A stretch of 64,000 nt of DNA from a bacterium (GCA_046757025.1 JBHHXN010000002.1:1-64000); one strand, 5' to 3'; shown: positions 30,032 to 41,329, counted from the stretch's first letter. Translations and numbers: made by a program. Notes: generated by a model not told the origin, from the letters alone.

Positions 30032-32128
30032 TTGGCCAGGCTTAAAAAATCCATGTCTTCCCGTAAAAAACAGAAACGGTCAGCTCAACTAAAAAATTTA
30101 CCCAAAAAGGAGAAAGCTGTTTTCAAAACTGAATCGATGGAAATCAGGCAAACCGCGAACCTGAACAGGCTTCAGAAAATCGGCGCCGTGGCGGCCTTCC
30201 TGATGCCGCTGAGTGTTTATGTTTACTACCTTTGCCCCACTGTCGCGGCGGGCGATTCCGGCGAATTTATCACCAGCGCCAAAATTTTAGGCATTCCGCA
30301 TCCACCGGGCTACCCCCTTTACACTTTGCTGAGCCACCTGTTCACCTATCTGCCCTTCCAGTCCGTCGCCTGGAGGGTGAATTTCTCTTCCGCCCTTTAT
30401 GGCGCCCTGACCGTTTTAATCGTTTATCTGGCGCTTTTAAGGTTGACAAACAAAATCGCTCCGGCCCTGGCGGGCGCCGGCGCCCTGGCGTTTTCGCGTT
30501 TCTTCTGGCACTATTCCGAAGTCGCGGAAGTTTTTCCGCTCAACAATTTGTTTGTTGCCGGCCTGGTTTATGTGCTGATCATTCTGCGGCAAAAATACCG
30601 CGTTTTCCAGATGAACTCCGACAAAAAATCTCAAACCGAGGTCAAAGCCTCCTGCCTTCGGCTGTTCTACTTGTTTAGCTTTTTAGCCGGCCTGGCTTTG
30701 ACCAATCATCATACCTTCGTCTTAATTGCGCCGGCTGTGTTGTTTTATTTTTGGTTTACCATGAGAGGGTTTCTGCTGGACAGCAAAGCCATAGGGTTGG
30801 CTTTGCTCTTTTTCGTTGCGGGTTTAACGCCCTACCTCTACTGTCCGATCGCAGCAGCGACCCAGCCCTTCATCAATTGGGACCATCCCACGACCTTGAA
30901 AAATTTTTTAAACTTGGTTTTTAGAGCAGACTACGGGAGTTTCTCGCCCTTCGCTTCGGAGCTCCGTTCGGAGCTGACCGTAGCACGAGTGCAACAGCTG
31001 CCGGCTTTTTTCGTGGGCTTGTTTCAGCAATTTACCGCTCTGGGGCTGGCGCTGGCATTTATGGGAATGGTAAATTTCAAACTTCGAAAAATCTGGCAGG
31101 GATTTCTGATCGCCGGTTTTTTCTTCAGCGGCATTTTCTTCGTCTTGTATGCCAACGTGTCGATTTCGAATCCGCTGCTGCTGGGCGTCCTGCACCGTTT
31201 TTACATCATGCCGGCGATCTTCTTTTGCCTCTGGATCGGCTTAGGTGTGGAAACCGTCCGGCAATGGTTGGAGCAAAATAAATTTACTACTGTCGCTCGA
31301 TTTGCACCGTTAGCTTTAATCTCAACGCTAATAATTTGGCAGTTTTATTCAAATAAAGCAGAAGCGAATTTCAGGGACAATCACCTTGCAGAAGATTTCG
31401 CCCACAACATTCTGCTCAGCCTGCCAGAAAACGCCCTATTTTTTGTAAGAGGAGACGCCGCTTCCATGGGGGTGGATTATTTACAAATTGTAAATGGCGT
31501 ACGGCCCGACGTCATGATTTTAGACCAGGCGAAAATGACTTACGAGTGGTACTACACGCAGGCCCAAAAAAGATATCCGAAAATCAATTTGCCTGGTGTG
31601 CGCTATGATGGCGCTCAAATTCAAAATCGCCATTTGATTGCCAGCAATATCCAGGATTTTCCTGTTTGCTTCATGGACTTTAAGGAAGACAGCTACCAGC
31701 AAACCTTTCGGGCGCTGCCAGTGGGTTTGGTTTACAGAATGGTTCCGAACGCACAAGCCATAAACCCAGTAGAATTAGAGAAACGAATGAATGAACTATT
31801 CAGCCGTTTTAAAATGCGCGGCCTGAATCGATCCTACCCGCCAACCAGTTTTGAAAACGAAATTAAAAAAATCTATGCTGAGCCTTTTTTCAGGCTTGCT
31901 TACGAATTTGAGCAATCCGGAAATTTCACCAAAGCAGAGGTGTATTATAACAAAGCGCTGACCATGAATCCCAATAATTATAAAATCCTGAAAAACCTGG
32001 CGGTGTTAAAATTCTACAAACTCAATCAACCAAAAGAGGCGGTGGATCTTTTCAAACGCTACCTCAAAATGAATCCCGCGGATTCGGAGGCCACGAGTAT
32101 TCGTCAAATCATCAACAGTGTTAAGTGA
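30032..32128 (+). CDS. DUF2723 (TMEM260-like GT-C glycosyltransferase) membrane protein with C-terminal TPRs
   Basis: 'GDSGEF...LGIPHPPGYPLY', 'AEVFPLN', 'NHH', and a TPR-like tail. The start may be ATG 30053. Confidence 0.85.
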   Translation: MARLKKSMSSRKKQKRSAQLKNLPKKEKAVFKTESMEIRQTANLNRLQKIGAVAAFLMPLSVYVYYLCPTVAAGDSGEFITSAKILGIPHPPGYPLYTLLSHLFTYLPFQSVAWRVNFSSALYGALTVLIVYLALLRLTNKIAPALAGAGALAFSRFFWHYSEVAEVFPLNNLFVAGLVYVLIILRQKYRVFQMNSDKKSQTEVKASCLRLFYLFSFLAGLALTNHHTFVLIAPAVLFYFWFTMRGFLLDSKAIGLALLFFVAGLTPYLYCPIAAATQPFINWDHPTTLKNFLNLVFRADYGSFSPFASELRSELTVARVQQLPAFFVGLFQQFTALGLALAFMGMVNFKLRKIWQGFLIAGFFFSGIFFVLYANVSISNPLLLGVLHRFYIMPAIFFCLWIGLGVETVRQWLEQNKFTTVARFAPLALISTLIIWQFYSNKAEANFRDNHLAEDFAHNILLSLPENALFFVRGDAASMGVDYLQIVNGVRPDVMILDQAKMTYEWYYTQAQKRYPKINLPGVRYDGAQIQNRHLIASNIQDFPVCFMDFKEDSYQQTFRALPVGLVYRMVPNAQAINPVELEKRMNELFSRFKMRGLNRSYPPTSFENEIKKIYAEPFFRLAYEFEQSGNFTKAEVYYNKALTMNPNNYKILKNLAVLKFYKLNQPKEAVDLFKRYLKMNPADSEATSIRQIINSVK

Positions 32129-32313
32129 GCTTGCTGCTGTCGTATGAGGCGTTAAATGGATATCATTTTTAATCCACGACTCTTTTGCAAATGATGGATA
32201 AAGAAAGGAATATCCGACAAGATCAATTTGTAGTTTAAACCACCGAATACCAATTCTTAATTTGATTATCTGATAAAAAAGGGGCCATAGCAATTTACTA
32301 TCAAAAGGTTAAA

Positions 32314-34908
32314 ATGCCATCAAGAGCTTTCTTCATCGTTTTAGCTCTTCTGTTTGTGGCGGTAGGCAGTTATTTATTTTTTCATTCAAATTCAAAGGAA
32401 ACACCGGCGTGGACGGTTCAAAAGTCGAAAGCGCTGGCGTCGCTGGAATTCTGGAACGACCAACGCGCCTACCCTACAAACTCCATTCCGGATGCCGGTT
32501 TTTTCTCGGCATTTCAATACTCTAAAAGTAATTTGTCCAACACGTTCGATTCCCTGCTGGTACAGCCGTGGCAAACTCTGGGGCCGCACAACATTGGCGG
32601 CCGCACCCTGGCTCTGGCCTTGAATCCACAAAACCCGCAAACCCTGTATGCGGGATCGGCCAGCGGGGGTTTGTGGCGCAGTTACTCGGGGGGCGTGGGC
32701 GCGCAGGCTTGGGAGTACGTTTCCACGGGTTTTCCGGTGTTGGGGGTGAGCGCCATTGCCATTGCCGAGCACGATTCCAACGTCATTTACATCGGTACTG
32801 GCGAGGTTTACAATTATCAAAATGCGGGCACCGGCTTTACCTTGCGCCCCACCCGAGGCAGCTACGGCATCGGCATCCTGAAAACCACTGACGGCGGTAT
32901 GACCTGGACACCCAGCCTGGATTGGACCGCCAACCAGAAACGCGGGGTCTGGGCCGTCCGAATCAATCCGCTGAATCCGAATACCGTGTGGGCCGCCACC
33001 ACGGAAGGGGTTTATAAGTCGCTGGATGCAGGTACTTCCTGGCATCTACAAAACTCGACCAAAATGATCATGGATCTGGTCCTGCATACGCAAGATACCA
33101 ATACCGTGTACATCGCTGCTGGTAATTTGCGCTCAAGCGGGCGCGGTATTTATCGCACCCAGGACGGCGGCCAAACCTGGGAGCCGCTCATTCAGGGCTT
33201 GCCGGATGATTTTGGCGGCAAAGTGCAACTGGCCACGTGTGCTTCCGCAGGGAATATATTATATGCCAGTTTCGGAAACAGTACGTCGTCAAGGGATTCG
33301 TTTACCCGGCTCTGCCGAACCGAGGATGGCGGCGATACCTGGCAAATCGTCAACAGCACCGATTATTCATTGTGGCAGGGATGGTTTTCTCACGATGTGG
33401 CCGTGCATCCTCAACAAGCGCATGTTTTAATGGCGGTGGGCATCAGCGTTTGGAAATCCACCAGCGCTGGCGAAATACTAAATGAAAAAGGCGGAGGCGG
33501 GATTCCTTACGGACGCCCGCCAGTTGGGGGACCGGAAGGACCCGCTAACTACGTCCATGCAGATATTCATGACGTCATCTATGATCCGTCCAATCCGAAT
33601 GTAATTTATTTTGCCACCGATGGCGGGATTTTTCGCTCTACGGATGGCGGGGAAACCTTTGAAGGCTGCAACGGCGGTTATCAGACCACGCAATTTTACC
33701 AAGGCGTAGCCAGCTCCCGCCAGGATTCGTTGCTCCTGATCGGCGGCATGCAGGATAACGGCAGCGCCATTTTTGACGGCCAGCTTGCCTGGCAGCGAGT
33801 GTGGGGCGGCGACGGCGCTTTTACCGCCATCCATTCCAAAAACGACCGCATCATCTACACTTCCTCCCAGAGGCTCAATATAGTCAAATCGTTTGACCGC
33901 GGCGCCAATTGGAACCGCCTCACCAAAGTGCCCGACACCGGCGGTACCGCCTTCATTGCTCCTTTTATTTTAGCCGAGACCGATCCCGAGGTGATTTACG
34001 CCGGTCGCAGCGTGGTGTACAAATCCACCAATGGCGGCCTGAGCTGGCAAAGCACCAACAGCGGCCCCCCCCTGGACAGAAACCCGCTGCTGGCATTTGC
34101 CATTTCACACCAAAATGACGATGTGGTTTACGCCAGTACAGCGCCGGTCTATTTTCGCGCCGGTGTTTATCGAACAACCAATAGCGGCGCAACCTGGGAA
34201 AATATCACCGGCAACCTGCCCGATCGCTACCCGGTAGATTTAGCCGTTGATGCCAACGACGATGCCACCGTTTACGTGGTGTTTTCCGGATTTGGCACGT
34301 CGCACCTATTTATGTCGCCGGATGCGGGAGAGAGCTGGCAAGACATCGGAGCGGGGTTGCCGGACGTACCGACTTCGGCCATTGTGGTGGATCCCGAGTT
34401 TCCGGATCATCTGTACGTGGGAAACGACTTGGGGGTTTATGTGACGACAAACGGTGGCCGCAACTGGCTGGAATATTCCACCGGTCTGCCAGACGCCGTC
34501 ATCGTCATGGATTTAATTATCAGCCCGGTCAACCGCAAATTGCGTGTGGCCACCCACGGCAACGGTTTCTTTGAAAGACCACTCATCCAGGGTAACCTCA
34601 CTGAGGTTGTTAAACATCCCATATCAGTCGGTGAATTTAAATTGGCCGCCAATTATCCCAATCCGTTTAACCCCTCCACCACCATTGAATATGTTTTACC
34701 GGGGCCGGCGCTGGTCAGACTGGAAATATTCAATCTGAAAGGCGAAAGAGTTACAACTCTGATCCACTCGCAGCAAAGTGCGGGATCTCATCGAGTTGAT
34801 TGGGACGGAACCACCGACCGCGGGCTTGCCGTGAGCTCCGGAGTGTACCTCTACCGATTGTCAACCCGCGCTTTTACGACCTCCCGCAAGATGATGTTGA
34901 TTCGATAA
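32314..34908 (+). CDS. Secreted BNR/Asp-box (VPS10-like) beta-propeller protein with FlgD-Ig/T9SS-like C-terminal domain
   Basis: Many 'S/T.DGG.TW' boxes, 'GPHNIGGR', 'ATHGNG', 'ANYPNPFNP'. Confidence 0.9.
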   Translation: MPSRAFFIVLALLFVAVGSYLFFHSNSKETPAWTVQKSKALASLEFWNDQRAYPTNSIPDAGFFSAFQYSKSNLSNTFDSLLVQPWQTLGPHNIGGRTLALALNPQNPQTLYAGSASGGLWRSYSGGVGAQAWEYVSTGFPVLGVSAIAIAEHDSNVIYIGTGEVYNYQNAGTGFTLRPTRGSYGIGILKTTDGGMTWTPSLDWTANQKRGVWAVRINPLNPNTVWAATTEGVYKSLDAGTSWHLQNSTKMIMDLVLHTQDTNTVYIAAGNLRSSGRGIYRTQDGGQTWEPLIQGLPDDFGGKVQLATCASAGNILYASFGNSTSSRDSFTRLCRTEDGGDTWQIVNSTDYSLWQGWFSHDVAVHPQQAHVLMAVGISVWKSTSAGEILNEKGGGGIPYGRPPVGGPEGPANYVHADIHDVIYDPSNPNVIYFATDGGIFRSTDGGETFEGCNGGYQTTQFYQGVASSRQDSLLLIGGMQDNGSAIFDGQLAWQRVWGGDGAFTAIHSKNDRIIYTSSQRLNIVKSFDRGANWNRLTKVPDTGGTAFIAPFILAETDPEVIYAGRSVVYKSTNGGLSWQSTNSGPPLDRNPLLAFAISHQNDDVVYASTAPVYFRAGVYRTTNSGATWENITGNLPDRYPVDLAVDANDDATVYVVFSGFGTSHLFMSPDAGESWQDIGAGLPDVPTSAIVVDPEFPDHLYVGNDLGVYVTTNGGRNWLEYSTGLPDAVIVMDLIISPVNRKLRVATHGNGFFERPLIQGNLTEVVKHPISVGEFKLAANYPNPFNPSTTIEYVLPGPALVRLEIFNLKGERVTTLIHSQQSAGSHRVDWDGTTDRGLAVSSGVYLYRLSTRAFTTSRKMMLIR

Positions 34909-34959
34909 AGAGCGGCTCAAAATGTTTATTCCCTTTTAAAAAAAGCCAGGAAATGAGAC

Positions 34960-36054
34960 ATGGCATTCTGCAATTTCCAGCTTAATTCAGAAAACGCCAA
35001 AAAAGAATCTCTATTTACCCAAAAGAGAATCTTTGCCGGCTTGCGCTATTTCGCCATGTTCACGGTTCTGGGTTTGGCCATACTTTTTTACCTCACCAGT
35101 ACCTCAGAAACGTTTGCAGCGCTTTCAAAATTAAAATGGCCGCTTCTAGTTTCAGCCGCTTTCCTGCAAATAGTAGATATCGGCTTTGGCGCCTGGCGCA
35201 ATCACGTCCTGGTGCGAATTATCAAACCCGGTGTCCCCCCCTGGCTCTGTTTTAAAGCGCAGCTGGCCAATGAGTTTGGAGCAGCCGTCACCCCCGGTCA
35301 AAGCGGCGGCGGACCTGCCTGGCTGTTTATTCTCTACCGAGGCGGCATTCCAGTGCTTTCGGCCGCCGCGGTCAGCGTGCTGGTTTTTCTCACCACCTTG
35401 CTTTTTTTTCTGATAACCACCGCCATTTCGATTTTGTTTATCGATGATCGCATATCCAGTGGCATTTTGCTTTCCCTCTTGCACTATGGTTTCATTACTT
35501 GCAGTATTCTGCTTATTTTTATCCTCCTCAGTCTTTGGATGCCGGATCGTTTGTCCCGGGCTCTAGATGGCATCGTCCAAAGATTGCGGACCACTGAAAG
35601 AACCTGGCTCGTCAAATCGGCCGCTTTGGTGGAACAAGCATTATCGGGAATGCAGCTCTATCAAAACACCGGTATGCAGTTACTTCGTGAGAATCGAGCA
35701 GCGATTTTCAAAACGTTTTTAGTCACCAGCCTGTACTACTTTGGCAAATTGAATCTGGCCTTTTTACTGCTTCTGGGGCTGGGATTACAGGTGGACTACC
35801 TGGCAGCGATGGCGGTTTTGGCCTTGCTGCGATTCATCCTGTATTTTTCACCCACGCCCGGCGGCAGCGGCCTCGGGGAATTCAGCATTGCCGCGCTCAT
35901 GTCCACCATCATGCCGTCGCATCTTTTGCCTATCTACACCGTCCTCTATCGCGCGTTTCACCTGTTCCTGCCGGCTTCTTTTGGCGCCTGGATTTTACTT
36001 TCAGAGCTCAAAAAAAAAATCCGAAATAAAACGCGAATAATGTCACTGCTGTAA
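34960..36054 (+). CDS. UPF0104 / lysylphosphatidylglycerol-synthase TM-domain (flippase-like) protein
   Basis: 'AVTPGQSGGGP', 'PTPGGSGLGE', multiple TM helices. Confidence 0.85.
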   Translation: MAFCNFQLNSENAKKESLFTQKRIFAGLRYFAMFTVLGLAILFYLTSTSETFAALSKLKWPLLVSAAFLQIVDIGFGAWRNHVLVRIIKPGVPPWLCFKAQLANEFGAAVTPGQSGGGPAWLFILYRGGIPVLSAAAVSVLVFLTTLLFFLITTAISILFIDDRISSGILLSLLHYGFITCSILLIFILLSLWMPDRLSRALDGIVQRLRTTERTWLVKSAALVEQALSGMQLYQNTGMQLLRENRAAIFKTFLVTSLYYFGKLNLAFLLLLGLGLQVDYLAAMAVLALLRFILYFSPTPGGSGLGEFSIAALMSTIMPSHLLPIYTVLYRAFHLFLPASFGAWILLSELKKKIRNKTRIMSLL

Positions 36055-36191
36055 ATGTTATACAAAGATCAAATGAATAACCGATAAATTATTAAGAGAA
36101 CATTCATGGTTGCTTTTCAAATTCGGCATCAAGAGGCTTGCATTCTTCTGTGCCTTATGTTATTTTCTGAAATCAATTTAATTTTCAACTT

Positions 36192-37763
36192 ATGAACGAC
36201 TACATTTTAGCAATTGATCTTGGGACCAGCGGACCCAAAGTGGCGCTGGTTTCCACTACTGGCAAAGTGGCGGCTTTTGCTTTCGAAGAAACGCCGATTT
36301 ACCTGGCTGATCAAGAAAGTGCCGAACAAAATCCGGACGATTGGTGGAACGCCATCTTGCACGCGGCTAAAAAGGTCCTGGCAACCGCCACGATTCCGGC
36401 GGAGAAAATCCGTGCAGTCAGTTGCACAGCCCAGTGGTCCGGTACGGTAGCGGTGGGTCAAAATGGCCAGCCACTGCAAAATGCCATCATCTGGATGGAC
36501 GCACGCGGAGCGAAGTTTGTACCGAAAATAACCCGGGGGCTCCTGAATGTTCAAGGATATAGTCTCCGAAAATTAATTACATGGCTGCGATTGACCGGCG
36601 GTGTTCCGGGTATGGCTGGTAAAGATTCCATCGCCCACATCTTGTACCTGAAAAATGTGCGGCCGGAAATTTACCAAAAGACCTACAAATTTCTGGAACC
36701 CAAAGATTACCTCAATTTAAAATTGTGCGGCAAATACGCCGCCACGTTTGACTCCATGGCGTTGCACTGGATAACCGACAACCGCGACCTTTCGAATGTC
36801 ACTTATGACGAGGGGTTAGTTGAGTGGTCAACTATCCACCGAGAAAAACTGCCCGAGCTGACATACGCAGTCTCCATACTGGGTCCAATAAAAAAGGAAG
36901 TGGCCGCGGAGCTGGGGCTGAGTGAAAGTGTGCAGGTCATCGCCGGCGCCCCGGACGTGCAATCGGCGGCTATTGGCTCGGGGGCGGTGCTCGATTTTCA
37001 GGCTCATCTCTATATCGGAACTTCCTCATGGCTGACCTGTCACGTCCCATTTAAAAAAACCGATTTGCTGCATCACATTGCCACCTTACCCTCTGCCATT
37101 TCAAACAGATATTTTGTGGCCAATGAACAGGAAAACGCCGGCGTTTGTCTGAAGTTTTTGAAAAAAGCCCTTTTTCCCGATCATGCAGAATCACCGGGCT
37201 CGGCTGAACACGATATTCCTTTCGACCGTTTCGAAACGCAAATCCAGAACGTGCCGGCCGGCAGCGAACGCGTTATTTTCACTCCCTGGCTCAACGGTGA
37301 GCGTACTCCCGTAGAAAATCACCTTGTGCGAGCCGGTTTTCACAATTTATCCCTTCAGACTACCCGCGCACATTTAATTCGAGCCGTTTACGAAGGTGTG
37401 GCGTTGAACTCCCGCTGGCTGCTCGGGCACGTCGAAAAGTTTGTGAAAAAAAAATTCGAGGCCATCAATCTCATTGGGGGAGGAGCCAATTCCAGAGCCT
37501 GGTGCCAGATTCACGCGGATATCCTCAATCGTCCCATCCGCCAGATGAAAGATCCCATTCAGGCCAATCTCCGCGGGGCGGCTTTTTTAGCGGCGGTGGC
37601 GTTGGGACAATTAAAATTTCAGGATATTCCGAATCAGGTGCAAATTGCCGAAACCTTTCATCCCAATTCAAGCAATCGCCAGATCTATGACGAGCTGTTT
37701 AAAGAATTTGTGAATCTTTATCATAAAAACAAAAAGATTTATTTTAGACTAAATAATCGTTAA
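36192..37763 (+). CDS. FGGY-family carbohydrate kinase (xylulokinase-like)
   Basis: 'IDLGTSG.K', 'EQNPDDWW', 'IIWMD.R', 'IGTS', 'PWLNGERTP', 'RAVYEG', 'GGGA'. Confidence 0.93.
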   Translation: MNDYILAIDLGTSGPKVALVSTTGKVAAFAFEETPIYLADQESAEQNPDDWWNAILHAAKKVLATATIPAEKIRAVSCTAQWSGTVAVGQNGQPLQNAIIWMDARGAKFVPKITRGLLNVQGYSLRKLITWLRLTGGVPGMAGKDSIAHILYLKNVRPEIYQKTYKFLEPKDYLNLKLCGKYAATFDSMALHWITDNRDLSNVTYDEGLVEWSTIHREKLPELTYAVSILGPIKKEVAAELGLSESVQVIAGAPDVQSAAIGSGAVLDFQAHLYIGTSSWLTCHVPFKKTDLLHHIATLPSAISNRYFVANEQENAGVCLKFLKKALFPDHAESPGSAEHDIPFDRFETQIQNVPAGSERVIFTPWLNGERTPVENHLVRAGFHNLSLQTTRAHLIRAVYEGVALNSRWLLGHVEKFVKKKFEAINLIGGGANSRAWCQIHADILNRPIRQMKDPIQANLRGAAFLAAVALGQLKFQDIPNQVQIAETFHPNSSNRQIYDELFKEFVNLYHKNKKIYFRLNNR

Positions 37764-37812
37764 GCACAATCCAATCAGTAATTTGCCAGTCAATTGAATA
37801 TGTGAGGACCAA

Positions 37813-39327
37813 ATGGAATCCCTGGATTTTTTAATTAATATATTCGGTCGTCTAAATCCCCGTTTTACCAGAATGCTTGAAAAACGGCTCAAGTCCGTTC
37901 CTTTTATCCAGAATAAAATTCAACAAGAATTTGACGAAATCTTACAAGAGCTGGAAAGCTCGCTCAAGCCTTACAAAGAAAAATTTCATACTTACTCGGA
38001 GCTGCCAGAAAAAGGGGAGGGCTACCAGGAAATTCTCCAGGAAATGCAGCAGTTTTGCAATTTAGAAAAATCACGCTGGCAGGAGGGCCGGGTCTCGGGT
38101 GCGGTGTACCACGGCGACGAGGTGCACATCGATTTTTTGAACCAGGTTTACGCTCTCAATTCACAGAGCAATCCACTGCATTCGGACCTCTGGCCCAGTA
38201 CCACCAAATTTGAAGCAGAAGTGGTGGCCATGACTGCTGAAATGCTCGGAGCTAAACATTCTCAAAACCCGGGTGAGATCTGCGGGGTAGTGACTTCCGG
38301 CGGAACCGAAAGCATTTTACTGGCCATGAAAACCTACCGCGATCAAGCTATGGAACAAAAAAAAATCAAGCACCCGGAAATGATCGTTCCCGTCACCGCC
38401 CACGCCGCCTTCGAGAAAGCGGCTCAGTACTTCAACATCAAAATGGTACGCATCCCGGTGGACGCCAATTTTCAGGCAACCGTCGATGAAGTCAAAAAGG
38501 CCATCAGTCGCAACACCGTAGTCATTGTAGGGTCCGCGCCCTCTTTTCCACACGGCATCATCGATCCTATCGAACAAATGTCTGAGCTGGCGCGGCAAAA
38601 TGACGTCGGTTTTCATACGGATGGTTGTCTGGGCGGATTTATCCTGCCCTGGGCTGAAAAACTGGGCTATGCCGTGCCGCCTTTTGATTTCCGGCTGCCC
38701 GGCGTCACTTCCATCTCAGCGGACACGCACAAGTACGGCTACGCTGCCAAAGGCACCTCGGTGATTTTGTATCGCCGAAGGAAACTGCGTCAATTTCAGT
38801 ATTTTGTGACTACCGAATGGCCAGGTGGTTTGTACTTTTCCCCCACCTTTGCCGGCAGTCGCCCGGGGGCTTTGAGCGCGGCCTGCTGGGCTGCCATGAT
38901 CTCCATGGGCAAACAAGGATATTTAAACGCCACACAGAAAATACTGCAAACTGCTGGAAATATAAAGGACGAAATCACGCAGATTCCCGGAATAAAGGTA
39001 CTAGGGGATCCACTTTGGGTCATCGCATTTACTTCGGACTCCATGGATATCTACAAAATCATGGATGTCATGGCGAAAAAAGGCTGGAATTTAAATGGCT
39101 TGCACAATCCTTCCTGCGTTCACCTTTGTGTGACTTTGCGCCACACACAGCCCGGCGTGGCGGAAAAATTTGTCGCGGATCTGAAACTCGCCGTAGATGA
39201 GGTGAGAAAAAATCCCGAACAAAAGGGCACAATGGCACCGGTGTACGGGCTGGCAGCGCGACTGCCAATGCGGGGTATCGTTGGCGACTTGCTCAAAAAA
39301 TTTATGGATCTGCTTTATAAAATTTGA
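37813..39327 (+). CDS. PLP-dependent sphingosine-1-phosphate lyase-like enzyme
   Basis: '[12 protein letters not shown]', 'NPLH.DLWP', 'TSGGTESI', 'HTDGCLGGF', '[12 protein letters not shown]', 'GSRPG'. Confidence 0.88.
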   Translation: MESLDFLINIFGRLNPRFTRMLEKRLKSVPFIQNKIQQEFDEILQELESSLKPYKEKFHTYSELPEKGEGYQEILQEMQQFCNLEKSRWQEGRVSGAVYHGDEVHIDFLNQVYALNSQSNPLHSDLWPSTTKFEAEVVAMTAEMLGAKHSQNPGEICGVVTSGGTESILLAMKTYRDQAMEQKKIKHPEMIVPVTAHAAFEKAAQYFNIKMVRIPVDANFQATVDEVKKAISRNTVVIVGSAPSFPHGIIDPIEQMSELARQNDVGFHTDGCLGGFILPWAEKLGYAVPPFDFRLPGVTSISADTHKYGYAAKGTSVILYRRRKLRQFQYFVTTEWPGGLYFSPTFAGSRPGALSAACWAAMISMGKQGYLNATQKILQTAGNIKDEITQIPGIKVLGDPLWVIAFTSDSMDIYKIMDVMAKKGWNLNGLHNPSCVHLCVTLRHTQPGVAEKFVADLKLAVDEVRKNPEQKGTMAPVYGLAARLPMRGIVGDLLKKFMDLLYKI

Positions 39328-39366
39328 ATCGAAACTATCTTCAAGCTTGACCGTGATAGCGGCCCT

Positions 39367-41118
39367 TCAAATCAGAGGCCGCGGTCGGCTGATGCCGTAC
39401 CCCTGGGCATAATCCACACCGATTTTTTTCAGCTTGGCCAGGATCTCGGCGCTTTCAACAAACTCGGCTATGGTTCTTTTTCCCATGACCTTACCGATTT
39501 CATTGATGGATTTCACCATGGCAAAATCGATGGGATCGTCCACGATGTCCTTCACAAACATACCGTCGATCTTGATGAAGTCCACCGGCAACCTTTTCAA
39601 GTAAGCGAAAGATGAAAATCCGCTGCCAAAATCATCCAAAGCAAATAAGCAGCCTTTTCGTTTCAACACCTTAAAAAATTCAATGGCGTTTGCGAGATTG
39701 GCAATGGCCGCGGTTTCGGTAACTTCAAAGCATATTTTCTCCTGCGGAATGGGCGCTTCTTCCAACTGCTTGATGATAAATTTCAGCAGGTCGGGGTCTC
39801 CCAGCGACTGAGCGGACAGGTTTATGGAACATATTTTCAACTTATTTAATTCTTGCGGATGGCACTTGAGCCATTCAATTGCGTTGCAAACCACCCAGCG
39901 ATCGAGTTTGTCCGACAAGTTGTAGCGTTCGGCAGCCGGCAAAAACGCTGCCGGCAAAATCATGCGGCCATCGTCTTCCTCCATTCGAATAAGCAGCTCG
40001 TAATGGTCGCCCTGGCCGCCGTTCGCCACCGCGGCAATGGTCTGAAAAAACAACCGAAAGCGATTGCCTTCGAGCGCTTTATTGATGCGGGCTACCGATT
40101 GCATTTCACCCTGCCTTCTGGCCAGCTCGGTATCGGTTTCATCATATATTTGAATGCGGTTGCGGCCCTTGTCCTTTGCAACAAAACACGCTTCGTCTGC
40201 TTTGCTTAACAGACTGGCGGTATTATGACTGCTTGCGTTCACCGGCACCAGCCCGATACTCACACGAACATTGAAACTTTTATCATCCCAGACAAACTTA
40301 AATTTCCGAAGGGATTTCTTCAGCCCATTGGCGATGCGTTTCGCCTGTCTCAAGGAACAGTTTTCGATCAAAATGCCAAATTCATCGCCGCCTAACCGCG
40401 CCAGTGTACTGGAAGGATTCATTTTGCGATTTAAAAATCGACTCACCTGCCGAAGCAATTCATCGCCGGCAACGTGCCCGCAGGTATCGTTGATGACTTT
40501 AAACTGGTCCAGATCCAGAAAACACATGGCGTGCTCCAGATTCTCCGCCATTGCGCTGTCCAGCATCCGCCGCAGCCGTCGTTCAAATTCACGCCGATTG
40601 ATCAGGCCGGTTAAACTGTCGTGATTCTCCTGATAGGAAAGCTTCTCAAATAACAGCCGGGTTTCGGTGACTTCCTCAGACACCACCAGAATTACCGGCG
40701 GGCTTTTACCGTTCCGGGTCACCCGATACGTGTCTCTCACCCAGATCACCGAGCCGTCTTTCTTACGGCGACGGTTGTCCGCTTGATGAATCTTTTCAGG
40801 CACTCGCATTAGGGAATTCAAAGTCTGCACCATCTCGGACCAATTTTCTTCCGGGGTGATTTCCAACACCCTTTTCGCGCACAGTTCTTGTTCATCGTAA
40901 CCCAGATGATTCACCAGAAAAGCATTGGCAGACAATATCTGACCCTCCGGATCCATGGTAAAATACATGGTCGGTTGCTCCTCGAACAAAAAACAACCGT
41001 TGCAGGGATTCGGCATACGTGTTCTTCTTGACCTGACCTTCCTCGTATTTTGAAAGTGAATAGCAGACTTTCCGCGGACGGGTCTCGTTGTTGGGGGATG
41101 CTTCATGCTTTGATCCAA
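39367..41118 (-). CDS. PAS-GGDEF-EAL c-di-GMP cyclase/phosphodiesterase
   Basis: PAS/PAC, 'D.LTGLINRR', 'RLGGDEF', 'YELLIRM', 'DDFGSGFSS', 'QGY'. Start codon uncertain. Confidence 0.93.
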   Translation of the reverse strand: MDQSMKHPPTTRPVRGKSAIHFQNTRKVRSRRTRMPNPCNGCFLFEEQPTMYFTMDPEGQILSANAFLVNHLGYDEQELCAKRVLEITPEENWSEMVQTLNSLMRVPEKIHQADNRRRKKDGSVIWVRDTYRVTRNGKSPPVILVVSEEVTETRLLFEKLSYQENHDSLTGLINRREFERRLRRMLDSAMAENLEHAMCFLDLDQFKVINDTCGHVAGDELLRQVSRFLNRKMNPSSTLARLGGDEFGILIENCSLRQAKRIANGLKKSLRKFKFVWDDKSFNVRVSIGLVPVNASSHNTASLLSKADEACFVAKDKGRNRIQIYDETDTELARRQGEMQSVARINKALEGNRFRLFFQTIAAVANGGQGDHYELLIRMEEDDGRMILPAAFLPAAERYNLSDKLDRWVVCNAIEWLKCHPQELNKLKICSINLSAQSLGDPDLLKFIIKQLEEAPIPQEKICFEVTETAAIANLANAIEFFKVLKRKGCLFALDDFGSGFSSFAYLKRLPVDFIKIDGMFVKDIVDDPIDFAMVKSINEIGKVMGKRTIAEFVESAEILAKLKKIGVDYAQGYGISRPRPLI

Positions 41119-41265
41119 TCATGGAATTAAAAGGATAGCAAAAATCATTTAAGAATTTTAATATTCTGAGCTATTAATATCGTCTGCTCCCCGCAAATCT
41201 TGACCAGAGCCTGACAGTTCTGAGTTCAATAGAGGAGCCGTTTTCCTTACATTTTTGGAATTTTT

Positions 41266-41329
41266 GTTTAATTTTTTTAACCTGTTTACCTCATTCTGAG
41301 TTTTACCCGATCCGGGAGTTAAATCAAAA
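41266..41329. repeat. 64-bp direct repeat, copy 1 (partner at 57453-57516)
   Basis: 62/64 identity by manual alignment. Confidence 0.9.
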
